From Anaerohalosphaeraceae bacterium (GTDB lineage Bacteria; Planctomycetota; Phycisphaerae; Sedimentisphaerales; Anaerohalosphaeraceae), in the NCBI GenBank assembly GCA_963675525.2, contig CAXXSL010000014.1:1-41669 (forward strand): DNA of 41,669 nucleotides, read 5' to 3'. Shown here one piece after another: positions 17,330-27,551 of the stretch (the stretch's first letter is position 1; the number at the start of each line of letters is the position of its first letter). The translations under genes were made by a program, and so were the position numbers. The notes beneath the pieces are model-generated. The model was not told the DNA's origin. It saw only the letters and a program-made list of their open reading frames with translations, and did not search any database.

Positions 17330-18373
17330 ATGAAGCGATGGTTGTTTTTGTGTGTGCTGTTAATAACAGCATCCTGTCGGGTTGCTGCAGTCAGGGGCTT
17401 AGGATGGAAAAAGACAAAAGAGCCGAACGGATCGAAAACGTCAAATCCGCGATGCTGGCGATGCAGCGGCATTCATGGGAGCAGGGGGTCGCCGCGCAGG
17501 CACTGCTGGAGATGCGCCAGACCGATCTTGTGATTCAATTTGCCAAAGAGGCGGTGCTGCGTCAGGGTTCCGACGGCCGTCTGGCGAACATCGGTAATGA
17601 TCATGGCGTCACCGACCCGGCCTGCGTCGGACAGGCGGTTTTGGTGGCTGCGACGATCACGCACGACAGCGACGCTGAAAGATGCCGCTGACAAGATGGC
17701 GGACTACCTGCTCAACCGGGCCCCGAAAACAGCCGACGGCACCCTGTATCATCTCACCGATAAACCCCAGATCTGGATCGATTCGATGTATATGGCGCCG
17801 CCGTTTTTAGCCGCGGCCGGTCACCCCCACCAAGCGGTCCAGCAGATCGAGGGATTCAGAAAGCGACTGCTCGATCCGGAGAAAAAGCTGTATTCGCATA
17901 TGTGGGATGAGGGGAAGAAGGATTTTGTCCGGCGGGACTTTTGGGGGGTCGGCAACGGCTGGACCGCCGCGGGCATCACACGGGTTATCGATACGCTCCC
18001 GGGCCAAATGCAGGAGGATAAACAGCGGCTGATCGGCTATGTCAAAGAGCTGATCGATGCGTCCCTGCCGTATCTGCGGGACGATGGGCTGTTTCATGAT
18101 GTGATCGACAGGCCCGAAACGTTTGTTGAGACCAACTTTTCGCAGATGCTGGCATACACGATCTATCGGGGGTTGCAGCGCAGGTATCTGGATGAGTCTT
18201 ACCGGCCCTATGCCGACAGGATGCGGGCGGGGGCTACGGCCAAGGTCGATGCGTACGGACTGGTACAGGATGTCTGCGGTGCGCCACACTTCAACGCACC
18301 GGGAAGCGCCACCGAAGGGCAGGCATTCTTTTTGCTGATGGAGACCGCCTACGCAGACGCCGGCGGGAAATAA
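17330..18373 (+). CDS. Glycoside hydrolase family 88/105-like protein, about 2 frameshifts
   Basis: Signal peptide, WEQG, WIDSMYMAPPFLA, LYSH, FWGVGNGW and GLFHDV. Frame switches near 17378 and 17665. Confidence 0.8.
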
Positions 18374-18407
18374 TCGGATGGTCGTCGGATGTTTTTAAAA
18401 GGAGCAT

Positions 18408-19088
18408 TTGTTGGAAGAACAAAAACAACAAATCAAAAAAGGCTGGAAAGTTTTCTGGATTGTTCTTGTGATTATTCTTGTGGTATTAGTTCTTCGGATT
18501 TTCTCTTTATCATTTTTTTGTGTTTTTGGGGTAATTGTTTCTGCAAGTCTCTACTTAATATTCAATTTGTCTTGTGGGATTTCTAAGAAATCTTGTGCCG
18601 AGTCGCGTTTTGCAATAGCAAAGAGAGTTACTTTTATTTTTTTTAGTTCATATTTGATTTTGACAGTCATTAATTTCTTTTTTCTCACAAACAACATAAG
18701 AGAGTGGACCGGTGTTATTTTAGGCAGAAACTTCATGTCTGCTTCTGATCAGAAGGATTTGGGGATACCTTTTCCAGAAAGTATGAAATTGCTATATTAT
18801 GACGAAGGTTTTCCTTGGATAGAACAAGAAGCAGAGTTAATTGCAGTTATGGATCAAGAAGACTTACACGAAGTAACAGAGCTTCTCAATAAAACGAAAG
18901 ATTCTAATAAGTATCAAATGAAGTCAAAATTTTGGTACATTCAATATCTATTCAACACAAGAAAAACAGTTTACACTTACTCAAACTACATTTATTCTAA
19001 GTCGGGTGGTGCGGTGACTGCTGATGTGTTGATTGTATTCAAAGCACATGGTGAGGCCAAACTGTACATGGATATTATTTATTGGTAA
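18408..19088 (+). CDS. Hypothetical membrane protein (low GC)
   Basis: AGGAG RBS before TTG, three hydrophobic segments then a soluble domain, markedly AT-rich codons. Confidence 0.7.
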   Translation: MLEEQKQQIKKGWKVFWIVLVIILVVLVLRIFSLSFFCVFGVIVSASLYLIFNLSCGISKKSCAESRFAIAKRVTFIFFSSYLILTVINFFFLTNNIREWTGVILGRNFMSASDQKDLGIPFPESMKLLYYDEGFPWIEQEAELIAVMDQEDLHEVTELLNKTKDSNKYQMKSKFWYIQYLFNTRKTVYTYSNYIYSKSGGAVTADVLIVFKAHGEAKLYMDIIYW

Positions 19089-19140
19089 TTGAGAGACGAA
19101 ATCACAATCAATGTAATTAGGCATTCCAATCATCAATGGG

Positions 19141-19302
19141 TTAATCGACCGGATCGAAGTTTTCTTTGGTGACATAGCACATCGGGCAGGTCCAGTCATC
19201 GGGGAGGTTTTCAAACGGGGTTCCGGGGGGGATATCGGCCATCGGGTCGCCTTTTTCCGGGTCATAAATATAGCCGCAACTGATACAGATATACTTCTGC
19301 AT
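19141..19302 (-). CDS. Rubredoxin
   Basis: 53 aa, [20 protein letters not shown]...[17 protein letters not shown]...F; GGAG RBS. Confidence 0.95.
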   Translation of the reverse strand: MQKYICISCGYIYDPEKGDPMADIPPGTPFENLPDDWTCPMCYVTKENFDPVD

Positions 19303-19325
19303 TATTTTTACTCCGTAAAAAAATG

Positions 19326-19476
19326 GAAATTCGAAGCACGAAATCCTAAATTCGAAACAAATTCTAATATTAAAACTCAAATGTCCAAAACATTTCCGAT
19401 TCTATATTTTTTTGAATTTTAAGCATTATAATTTTGATATTGTTTCGTATTTCGATATTCGAATTTCGAAATTTTA
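19326..19476. repeat. Long imperfect inverted repeat built from heptamer units
   Basis: Left arm aaattcg-aagcacg-aaatcct-aaattcg-aaacaaa...; the reverse complement of the right arm reads aatttcg-aaattcg-aatatcg-aaatacg-aaacaat... Confidence 0.8.
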
Positions 19477-19478
19477 AT

Positions 19479-21929
19479 TTATACAGCAAAATATTTTGCT
19501 TGCGGATGATGGGCGACGATCGCAGACGTCGTCTGCTCCGGCACCATCTCCATGTTTTCCGTCAGGGTTACACCGATCCGCTCGGGCTTCAATAATTTAA
19601 ACACAGGCTCATGCGCCCCCAGGTCCGGGCACGCCGGATAGCCGAATCCGTACCGGCTGCCCTGGTACTGCTGGCTGACATAGCCGGTCAGGTCGGCTGG
19701 CCGCTGCTGGGAGATGCCCATCTCGATGCGCATGACCTCATGCCAGTACTCGGCCAGGGCATCGGTGACCTCCACACCAAACCCATGCAGCATCAGGTAG
19801 TCATGGTAGGCGTCTTTTTCGAATAATTCTTTTGCCGCTTTACCGATCGCCTCGCCGATGGTGACCACGAAGAAACCGGCGATATCGCCGCCGTCTTTTT
19901 CCGGCTTAAAAAAGTCCGCGATGCACAGGTTCGGGGCAAAGTCCTGACGGGGAAATTCGAACTCATAGTCCTGCCCGTTATCGGCAACGATCACGGAATT
20001 GTCTTTGCTGAAGCATTTGAAATAACCATACGTTACCTTGGGCTGTATGAGCTTTTCATCGATGCCGCGTTTTTTCAGGCTCTCATAGATCGGGATCACG
20101 GTTTCGTTGACCAGTGTGTCGTATTCGGCCGCACTCAGATTGCCCCGTCGGTATCCCCAACGGCCGCGGAACAGGGCCTGCTCGTTCATGTAGGGGTAGA
20201 TAGCCGACGGATCGACATCAATCACCTGTTTTGCCCCCAGGAAAGGCGCCTTGGGTACAGGATTATCAGTGATGATCTCTATATTTTTCAGCCCCGCCTT
20301 TTTCGTCGTCGAAGCAGGTTTTGCATCGAATTCAGTTGCGGCCAGTTTTCCGGCCTCAAAATCCCGTACAGCCTTCAACCCCGCGAACGCATCGGCGCAA
20401 TAAACCACCGGCTTGTCAAACCGGGGTACACAGCTTTCAGCAACAAATTTTTTCGTCAGTGCCGCACCGCCCAAAAGGATGGGTGTTTTCAGTTTGGCCT
20501 CTTTGTACTGCGGCATGCTCTCCTGCATCACGATAGCCGATTTGACCAGCAGTCCTGAAAGGCCCACGATATCCACGTCGTATTCTGCGGCCTTCTCGAT
20601 GATTGTTTCGGTGGGCACCTTGATGCCGAGATTGTAAACTTTGTAACCGTTGTTGGTCAAAATGATATCGACCAGGTTCTTACCGATGTCATGCACGTCA
20701 CCCTGAACAGTCGCCAGCAGGATCTTTAGTTTTTCCGACAGGTCGGTCTTGTCCATAAAGGGCTCTAAGAAAGCCACGCTTTTTTTCATCACCTCGGCCG
20801 ACTGCAGAACGAACGGCAGCAGAATCTCACCCTTGCCGAACAACTCGCCCACATACCGCATCGCCGGAACAAGCAGGGTGTTGATGATATCCAGCGGTTT
20901 ATAACGGCCCAGCAGAATCGTCAGGATATCATCCAGTCCGTCTTTGTTGCCCTTGAGAACCATCTGACCGAGTGTCTTTTCTGCGGTGATGTCCTGTTCG
21001 TTTTTGTCATCCTCTTTTTGTTCACCAATTTCCTCGAAATGATCGATGAACGTCATCAACGCGTTTTTGTCTGCGTTCTTTTGGCGGTTATAGATCAGAT
21101 CCAGGCAGATGTCGCGGTCGCCTGTGCTGATCTGTGCCATCGGAATCACCCTGGCGGTATCGATAATCGCCGCATCCAGCCCAGTCTGCACGGCTTCGTG
21201 CAGAAAGACCGAGTTGAGAATTTTGCGAGCGGCCGGGCGAAGTCCGAATGAGATATTGCTGACACCCAGCAGCGTCATCACGCCGGGCATCTGCTGTTTG
21301 ATCCGGCTGATCGCGTCCAGTGTTTGGATCGCCGCGTCTTTGAGACTTTCGTCGCCGGAGCCGATGGTAAATGTCAGCGGATCGAACAGAATATCTGTCG
21401 GCCGCAATCCGTGCTCACCGACGGCCAGGTCGTAAATCTGCTGAGCGGTATCGACCTTTTCGGCGGTTGTCATCGCCATACCGCCTTTGTTGATGGTCAA
21501 CGCCACGACCGCGGCGCCATATTTTTTGGCCAGCGTGCAAACCTTATGAAGATTCGCTCCGCCGTCTTCGAGGTTGATCGAATTAATGATGCACCGGCCG
21601 GGATAGATTTTTAAAATCTCGGCGATGCAGTCGGCCTGAGTCGAATCCACCATCAGCGGCAGTTTCACCGATGAGATCAGCATCCCGAAGAAACGTTTCA
21701 AATCTTCCTTTTCATTGCGGCCCGCATAAGCGGTGCAGATATCCAGCACATGAGCGCCTTTTGCTTCCTGATCCAGTGCGACCTGCAAACAGCCGTCGAA
21801 GTCATCGGCCAGCAGCATTTCACGAAACTTTTTGGACCCATTCGTATTGCAGCGTTCGCCGATCAACAGTGGCCGGATCGGCTGGATCAATTCCACGGCC
21901 TGATACAAGCTGGAAACCGACGGTTTCAT
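19479..21929 (-). CDS. metH: Cobalamin-dependent methionine synthase: pterin-binding, cap, B12-binding and reactivation domains
   Basis: IGERCNTNGSKKF, GVSNISFG, LPFVLQSAEVMK, GDVHDIGKNLV (DxHxxG), SGLL, RYGFGYPACPDL and HPQAKYF. Confidence 0.93.
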   Translation of the reverse strand: MKPSVSSLYQAVELIQPIRPLLIGERCNTNGSKKFREMLLADDFDGCLQVALDQEAKGAHVLDICTAYAGRNEKEDLKRFFGMLISSVKLPLMVDSTQADCIAEILKIYPGRCIINSINLEDGGANLHKVCTLAKKYGAAVVALTINKGGMAMTTAEKVDTAQQIYDLAVGEHGLRPTDILFDPLTFTIGSGDESLKDAAIQTLDAISRIKQQMPGVMTLLGVSNISFGLRPAARKILNSVFLHEAVQTGLDAAIIDTARVIPMAQISTGDRDICLDLIYNRQKNADKNALMTFIDHFEEIGEQKEDDKNEQDITAEKTLGQMVLKGNKDGLDDILTILLGRYKPLDIINTLLVPAMRYVGELFGKGEILLPFVLQSAEVMKKSVAFLEPFMDKTDLSEKLKILLATVQGDVHDIGKNLVDIILTNNGYKVYNLGIKVPTETIIEKAAEYDVDIVGLSGLLVKSAIVMQESMPQYKEAKLKTPILLGGAALTKKFVAESCVPRFDKPVVYCADAFAGLKAVRDFEAGKLAATEFDAKPASTTKKAGLKNIEIITDNPVPKAPFLGAKQVIDVDPSAIYPYMNEQALFRGRWGYRRGNLSAAEYDTLVNETVIPIYESLKKRGIDEKLIQPKVTYGYFKCFSKDNSVIVADNGQDYEFEFPRQDFAPNLCIADFFKPEKDGGDIAGFFVVTIGEAIGKAAKELFEKDAYHDYLMLHGFGVEVTDALAEYWHEVMRIEMGISQQRPADLTGYVSQQYQGSRYGFGYPACPDLGAHEPVFKLLKPERIGVTLTENMEMVPEQTTSAIVAHHPQAKYFAV

Positions 21930-22849
21930 GATTCCACCTGCCTTTCGGCCGGTTTCAGCGAGCCGACGGTTTCAACCAGTGTTCGGATATGCTCCGGCGT
22001 TGTGCCGCAGCAGCCGCCGACAATACTGACGCCCTGGTTTTCAATAAAATGTTTCATGTGGGCAGCGTACTTGGCCGGTTTAAGCGGATAGGTTGTCTGG
22101 CCGTCGATAATTTCCGGCAGACCCTGGTTGGGAATGCAGGAAATCCGGGCAGGCCAGTTGTGGCTCAGATAACGAATGTGCGATTCCATATCCGCCGGAC
22201 CGGTTGCGCAGTTAAGTCCTAGTGAAAACAGTCCGAACGGCTCAACGGTTGCGACCACCGCCGCGATATCGGTGCCGACGAGCATCGTTCCCTGCCGTTC
22301 AATCGTCACGGATAGCAGGATTGGCAACTGTTTACCCAGCTTTTCAAGCGTTTCGATACAGGTAATAATTGCGGTCTTAACCTGCAGCAAGTCCTGACAG
22401 GTTTCGACGATCAACGCATCTGCGCCCACATTGACCAGCGTTTCGATTTGTTCGCCCAATGCAGCCGTCAGTGTATCCACTGAAATATGCCCCAGGCTTG
22501 GCAACTTGGTGCCCGGTCCGATGGAGCCGGCAATGTACACATTATTACGGCCGGCAATAGCAGCCCGTGCATTTTCCACCGCTGCCGTATTGATAGCTTC
22601 AACTTTTGTCTGCAGTCCGTACTCGGCCAGTACGACCGATGAGGCCCCGAAGGTATTGGTTTCCAGTACCATGGCACCGGCATTGACAAATGAAGTATGC
22701 AGTTCGACAATTTTCTCCGGTGCAGACAGATTCAAATATTCGTTACAACCTTTGTTGCCGTCCCAGACTGAATCGGGCAGATCCATCATTTGTAAATTGG
22801 TCCCGCAGGCACCGTCAAAGATCAAAAGTTCATGGTCACAAAAAGCCAC
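21926..22849 (-). CDS. Homocysteine S-methyltransferase domain (N-terminal module of MetH)
   Basis: DGACGT, ETNTFG, GLNCATGP and GGCCGTTPEHI (Zn ligands); ATGA overlap with the next gene. Confidence 0.92.
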   Translation of the reverse strand: MAFCDHELLIFDGACGTNLQMMDLPDSVWDGNKGCNEYLNLSAPEKIVELHTSFVNAGAMVLETNTFGASSVVLAEYGLQTKVEAINTAAVENARAAIAGRNNVYIAGSIGPGTKLPSLGHISVDTLTAALGEQIETLVNVGADALIVETCQDLLQVKTAIITCIETLEKLGKQLPILLSVTIERQGTMLVGTDIAAVVATVEPFGLFSLGLNCATGPADMESHIRYLSHNWPARISCIPNQGLPEIIDGQTTYPLKPAKYAAHMKHFIENQGVSIVGGCCGTTPEHIRTLVETVGSLKPAERQVES

Positions 22850-22864
22850 TGTTTACTCTCCCGT

Positions 22865-24724
22865 TTAGAGTTCGTTGACAGGAAGTTTCCCTAGCGCCGC
22901 CAGAGCAATCTTGACATTGCCAAAGGGAGCACTGACGGCAAAGCCCGCAACGTGCGGTCTGAGTGTTTCGATCATTTCCTGCGCGATCTCGACACCGATC
23001 TTACGGCCGTCTTCCCGCGTTTTTGCTTTGGACATGCGCGCGAGTAATTCATCGGGAACAACCACCCCGGGGACCTCGTTAGCCATGAATTCGGCGTTCT
23101 TAAAACTCGTAAACGGCCAGATGCCCGCTAAGAACGGCAGGTTGAATTCTTTCACTTTGTCGGCAAATGCAAAAAACATTTCAGTATCGAATACCGGTTG
23201 AGTGATCGCATATTCAGCGCCGGCATGTGTTTTTGATTTGAATCGCTCGATCTCACGATTCAGCTCGGAAGCGACCGGGTTGGCCCCCACGCCGATGGTC
23301 AGCGATAACTGCTCCGGCAGTTCATTCCCGGCGATATCCAGTCCTCGGTTCAGGTTGTTTACGACTTTCGTCAATGCCACCGAATCCAGATCGAACACGC
23401 CGGTCGCGTTCGGGTATTCACCCAGCTTCGGCGGGTCACCGGTGATCAAAAGCACATTTCGCAATCCCATCGCGTGAATTCCCAAAAGATCCGACTGCAG
23501 GCCGATGAGATTTTTGTCACGGCAGCAGATATGCAAAAGCGTTTCAATTCCCGCTGCCTGTTCGATTTTCAGCGCGGTAACCAACGGGCTCAATCTCGCA
23601 CTGGCCCTTGGTCCATCGGGAATATTGATTGCATCAATGTCGTGCTTGGCGCAGAGTTTGGCGCTTTCGATGACCTGATTGGCATCGATGCCGCGCGGCG
23701 GGGTCAGTTCAATACAGATGAGGGGCTTTCCGGCGGCCAACTTTGCACCGAATTTACTTCTTTCGGCCAGCGGCAGGGGTTCAGTCCCGACGGGTTTTTC
23801 TTCCTTGATCTCAATATGTACTTTTGCCGGCTTGACCGTCATAGCCCTGGCCAACGAACGGACGGTTTTAACGATCTCGGCGATATGTGCCGGCGTAGTC
23901 CCGCAACAGCCGCCAATAATGCGGGCGCCGTTCTCAAAAAACCGTTTGGCGTACTCAGCCATGTATTCCGGCGTACACATATACAGCGTGCGTCCTTCGA
24001 CGCGGCGGGGCAGCCCGGCGTTCGGTTGGATTGAGATCGGCTTATTAGTCACCTCCCGAAGGCGGCGAAGTCCTTCGAGCATATCCGAAGGACCCAGTGA
24101 GCAGTTCAGACCCACCGCGACAACGGCTTCATGTGCGGCGACTTCGGCAATCGCCTTTTCAATAGGCGTTCCAAAGAATGTTTCGAAGTGATCGGTGCAA
24201 GTCATCTGTGCTACAATCGGCAAACCCGTTACCTGTGCCGATTCGATGGCGATTTGCAGTTCTGCAGAATTTGTAAAGGTTTCCAGCAACAGAAAGTCTG
24301 CGCCTGCTTTAGCAAGGGACCTTGTCTGTTTTGTGAATGCATCGGTCAGGCCGCGGGTCAGTTCCTCATTCGGATTGGGGTTGTTCGTACCGGCAGGGCC
24401 TACGGACGCGGCGACAAGAATAGAATCTCCCGCCGCATCTTTGGCAAGTGCAACGGCCGTTTCGTTAATTGTTTCGACTTTATCGGCCAGTCCGAACTGG
24501 GCCAGCTTGAAGGTGTTAGCTCCAAAAGTGTTGGTTTCAATAAAGTCGCAACCCGCATCAATGTAGGCGGAGTGTATTTTGCTGATCAGACCGGATCGTG
24601 TTAGATTCAGTTCGTCAAAGCAGGTATTCAGAAATGCTCCGTACTGATAGAGCATTGTTCCCATTGCACCGTCACCGATGAGAATTCCGTGTTGCAACCG
24701 GTCTGTCAGAGATTGTTTTGCCAT
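22865..24724 (-). CDS. Bifunctional homocysteine S-methyltransferase / methylenetetrahydrofolate reductase (YitJ-like)
   Basis: N-half DGAMGT, GLNCS and GGCCGTTP; C-half ELTPP, ITGDPP, GAEYAITQPVFD and NEVPGV. ATG at 24724 follows AAGGA. Confidence 0.92.
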   Translation of the reverse strand: MAKQSLTDRLQHGILIGDGAMGTMLYQYGAFLNTCFDELNLTRSGLISKIHSAYIDAGCDFIETNTFGANTFKLAQFGLADKVETINETAVALAKDAAGDSILVAASVGPAGTNNPNPNEELTRGLTDAFTKQTRSLAKAGADFLLLETFTNSAELQIAIESAQVTGLPIVAQMTCTDHFETFFGTPIEKAIAEVAAHEAVVAVGLNCSLGPSDMLEGLRRLREVTNKPISIQPNAGLPRRVEGRTLYMCTPEYMAEYAKRFFENGARIIGGCCGTTPAHIAEIVKTVRSLARAMTVKPAKVHIEIKEEKPVGTEPLPLAERSKFGAKLAAGKPLICIELTPPRGIDANQVIESAKLCAKHDIDAINIPDGPRASARLSPLVTALKIEQAAGIETLLHICCRDKNLIGLQSDLLGIHAMGLRNVLLITGDPPKLGEYPNATGVFDLDSVALTKVVNNLNRGLDIAGNELPEQLSLTIGVGANPVASELNREIERFKSKTHAGAEYAITQPVFDTEMFFAFADKVKEFNLPFLAGIWPFTSFKNAEFMANEVPGVVVPDELLARMSKAKTREDGRKIGVEIAQEMIETLRPHVAGFAVSAPFGNVKIALAALGKLPVNEL

Positions 24725-24916
24725 GTTGTCCTTATATATTATGTTTTGCACGATGTCAAAATATGCGTTCATTTTAACCCAAATAGCTCAGATAACTTAA
24801 AATTATCAGCGAAAAAGGCCAGATTACAATCAAATATGCTCGTTTTTCAGGAAATTCAATCAGAATTGTCGAAAAAGGATACAGACAGGATGTTAATTCG
24901 CAATATCTGAAAAAGC

Positions 24917-24944
24917 TTGCAATTTTGCAGGTGAAGACTATACT
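24917..24944 (+). promoter_or_regulatory. Probable accB promoter
   Basis: TTGCAA, 16-nt spacer, TATACT. Confidence 0.5.
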
Positions 24945-25003
24945 AATTCGCTAACTTTTAGAGAAAAAGCGATTTAACGTATATAGAAAAGGATTTTTAT
25001 ACC

Positions 25004-25459
25004 ATGTCGGACAAAAACCCTATGGATCTTAAAAAAGTAAAAGAGCTGATAGACCTGATGAAAGAAAACGAACTGGTTGAACTGGAGATCACCGATGGCG
25101 ATTCAAAAGTTCATCTGAAACGTCCCGGTGCAAATATGCCGGTTATGCATCAGGTTCCGATGCAGGCCATGTCGACGCCGACTGCGTCTGCGGTCCCGGC
25201 AGAACCCGCCAAGGAGGATGGGCTGATTAAAATCGTTTCACCGATTGTGGGTACGTTCTACCAGGCATCCAGTCCGGAGGCTGAGGCATATGCCAAGTCC
25301 GGCGATAAGGTTGATGCCGATACGGTGGTATGCATTATCGAAGCGATGAAGGTGATGAACGAGATTAAAGCGGAAGTCTCCGGTACGATTGTCGAGGTTT
25401 GCTGCAAAGACGGCCAGGCGGTGGAGTACGGTCAAGTGCTTTTCAAAGTGCGTCCGTAA
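25004..25459 (+). CDS. accB: Acetyl-CoA carboxylase biotin carboxyl carrier protein
   Basis: SPIVGTFY, EAMKVMNEI biotinylation motif and an Ala/Pro linker. Confidence 0.96.
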   Translation: MSDKNPMDLKKVKELIDLMKENELVELEITDGDSKVHLKRPGANMPVMHQVPMQAMSTPTASAVPAEPAKEDGLIKIVSPIVGTFYQASSPEAEAYAKSGDKVDADTVVCIIEAMKVMNEIKAEVSGTIVEVCCKDGQAVEYGQVLFKVRP

Positions 25460-25526
25460 AAACAAATACGCAGGCGGTATCGGATCCATTCTCACAAAAT
25501 CCTAACTAACAGCAAAAGGTTGTTTT

Positions 25527-26867
25527 ATGTTTTCAAGAATCTTAATTGCAAATCGGGGTGAAATCGCGCTTCGAATTATTCGGGCTTGTCATGAACTCGG
25601 CATCGAGGCGGTGGTTGTCTATTCTGAAGCGGACAGGGAAGCATCTTATCTGGATATTGCCGACGAGGCTGTCTGTATCGGCCCGGCATCTCCCGCTAAA
25701 AGCTATCTGAATATCCCGGCCATTATCAGTGCCGCAGAAATTACGGATGTGGATGCTATTCATCCGGGCTATGGCTTTCTGGCTGAAAATGCTCATTTTG
25801 CTGAAATTTGCAATGAATGCGGCATTACATTCATTGGGCCCGATCCTGAATCCATGCGTCAGCTCGGTGACAAAGTGGCGGCTCGTGAAATCGCGAAGAA
25901 AGCACGTGTCCCCATCGTTCCCGGTTCAGAAGGCGAGATTACGAATGAATCGGAGGCGGTTAAGATCGCCAACAAGATCGGTTATCCGGTGATTATCAAA
26001 GCAGCAGCCGGCGGCGGCGGCCGCGGGATGCGTGTGGCCCATAATGACATCAGCCTGCATAAAGCCTTCGGAGCGGCAAAGGCCGAAGCCGAAGCGGCAT
26101 TCAAGAACGGCACATTGTATATTGAGAAATTTATCGTCGAACCACGACATGTGGAAGTGCAGGTCATGGCCGATAAAAGCGGCAATGCGATCCATTTCTA
26201 TGAGCGTGACTGCACCATTCAGCGTCGCCATCAAAAACTGATCGAAGAATCACCGTGTCCCGTGCTGGATGAAAAAACACGTGAAGAACTGTGTAAGTCC
26301 GCACTGCGGTTGGTCAAGGAAGCCAATTACCACAGTGCCGCCACGGTGGAATTCCTGCTCGACAAGGACAAGAACTTTTATTTTATTGAAGTCAATACAC
26401 GTATTCAGGTTGAGCATCCTGTTTCTGAACTGGTGACGGGACAGGATCTGATCAAATTGCAGATCAAAGTTGCGGCAGGCCAAACGCTGGATTTGCGGCA
26501 GCGTGATATTAAGCATACCGGCGTGGCGATGGAATGCCGTATCAATGCCGAAGACCCGGCTCGCGGATACGCTCCCAATCCGGGAAGAGTGGATAAATTC
26601 ATTGTGCCCGGTGGTTTTGGGGTGCGGGTCGATACCCACATTTATCAGGGAGCAATTGTATCGCCGTATTACGATTCAATGATTGCCAAGCTGATCGTTC
26701 ATCAACCGACGCGTCAGGAGGCAATTGCAACCATGAAACGCGCCCTGCGGGAATTTAAAATTGAACCCATTAAGACGACGATTCCCGGCCAATTGGCGAT
26801 TCTTTCTCATAATTTGTTTGTGAAAAATCAGGTCGATACCAGCTTTATTGAACGTCATATGGGATAG
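25527..26867 (+). CDS. accC: Acetyl-CoA carboxylase biotin carboxylase
   Basis: [47 protein letters not shown] and YYDSMIAK. Confidence 0.97.
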   Translation: MFSRILIANRGEIALRIIRACHELGIEAVVVYSEADREASYLDIADEAVCIGPASPAKSYLNIPAIISAAEITDVDAIHPGYGFLAENAHFAEICNECGITFIGPDPESMRQLGDKVAAREIAKKARVPIVPGSEGEITNESEAVKIANKIGYPVIIKAAAGGGGRGMRVAHNDISLHKAFGAAKAEAEAAFKNGTLYIEKFIVEPRHVEVQVMADKSGNAIHFYERDCTIQRRHQKLIEESPCPVLDEKTREELCKSALRLVKEANYHSAATVEFLLDKDKNFYFIEVNTRIQVEHPVSELVTGQDLIKLQIKVAAGQTLDLRQRDIKHTGVAMECRINAEDPARGYAPNPGRVDKFIVPGGFGVRVDTHIYQGAIVSPYYDSMIAKLIVHQPTRQEAIATMKRALREFKIEPIKTTIPGQLAILSHNLFVKNQVDTSFIERHMG

Positions 26868-26914
26868 CGAAAATCTTGTATAAAGCCTCCCCAAAACCGA
26901 GCAAGATGGAGAAA

Positions 26915-27253
26915 TCACTTTCCAAACAGATTGTAAAATCCCGCAATTGTTGAAGTTATTGTTGGCAGAATGAGTATCAGTAGTCGGAAATTGTGCAGGT
27001 ATAATGCTAAAAATAATCCTGCTATCGTTCTAAACATAAACGCGCATAGAATTGTTCCTGTGACCGGACCAAATAGTAACGCAGAATATTTTACGAGCGG
27101 ATGAAATTCGCGTTCTATTCCGTCATGGGCCATAAATTCAATAGTGGTCAATGTATCGAATAATAGCATACAAATTAATAAAATGATTAAAAAATGGTAT
27201 TTATGCCACATGTTATCAAATTCATTATTTAATTGTTTAAGTCGAATCTCCAT
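26915..27253 (-). CDS. Small hypothetical membrane protein (DUF5658-like)
   Basis: Three to four TM segments, DxxTT...GxxxExHP pattern, GGAG RBS, low GC. Confidence 0.6.
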   Translation of the reverse strand: MEIRLKQLNNEFDNMWHKYHFLIILLICMLLFDTLTTIEFMAHDGIEREFHPLVKYSALLFGPVTGTILCAFMFRTIAGLFLALYLHNFRLLILILPTITSTIAGFYNLFGK

Positions 27254-27467
27254 CTTGCTCCCTTCTGGTAAAAAAAGCTCTTTTCCTTTTTTGAAATGTG
27301 CCCTATTTAAATTTTTGAGTTGTTTCTATATATAGGACGTTAAATATTTTTTTTTATTACAAGATTTTTTCGATTTCTTTAATAATTAGACGATTTAAAG
27401 ACTAACAAAGACCACAATGTCAATATGTATTATGTAACACGGTAATGGTTGGATGTTGTTTTTTTGG

Positions 27468-27495
27468 TTGACTTGTGTTGTTTTTGGACTAAACT
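27468..27495 (+). promoter_or_regulatory. Probable etf operon promoter
   Basis: TTGACT, 16-nt spacer, TAAACT. Confidence 0.45.
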
Positions 27496-27551
27496 ACGAG
27501 GTCTTTGTATTAGCATGTAATCAGGAAAAAAAGCTCATGGAGGCAAAATCA

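Noticed and set aside
19303..19380. N-terminal extension of rubredoxin (79-aa ORF)
   Set aside because: It is a translation of the heptamer repeat arm; the RBS supports ATG 19302.
24725..25003. SAM or cobalamin riboswitch upstream of the methionine cluster
   Set aside because: No SAM-I core or B12-box motif and no convincing stems were seen on the - strand.
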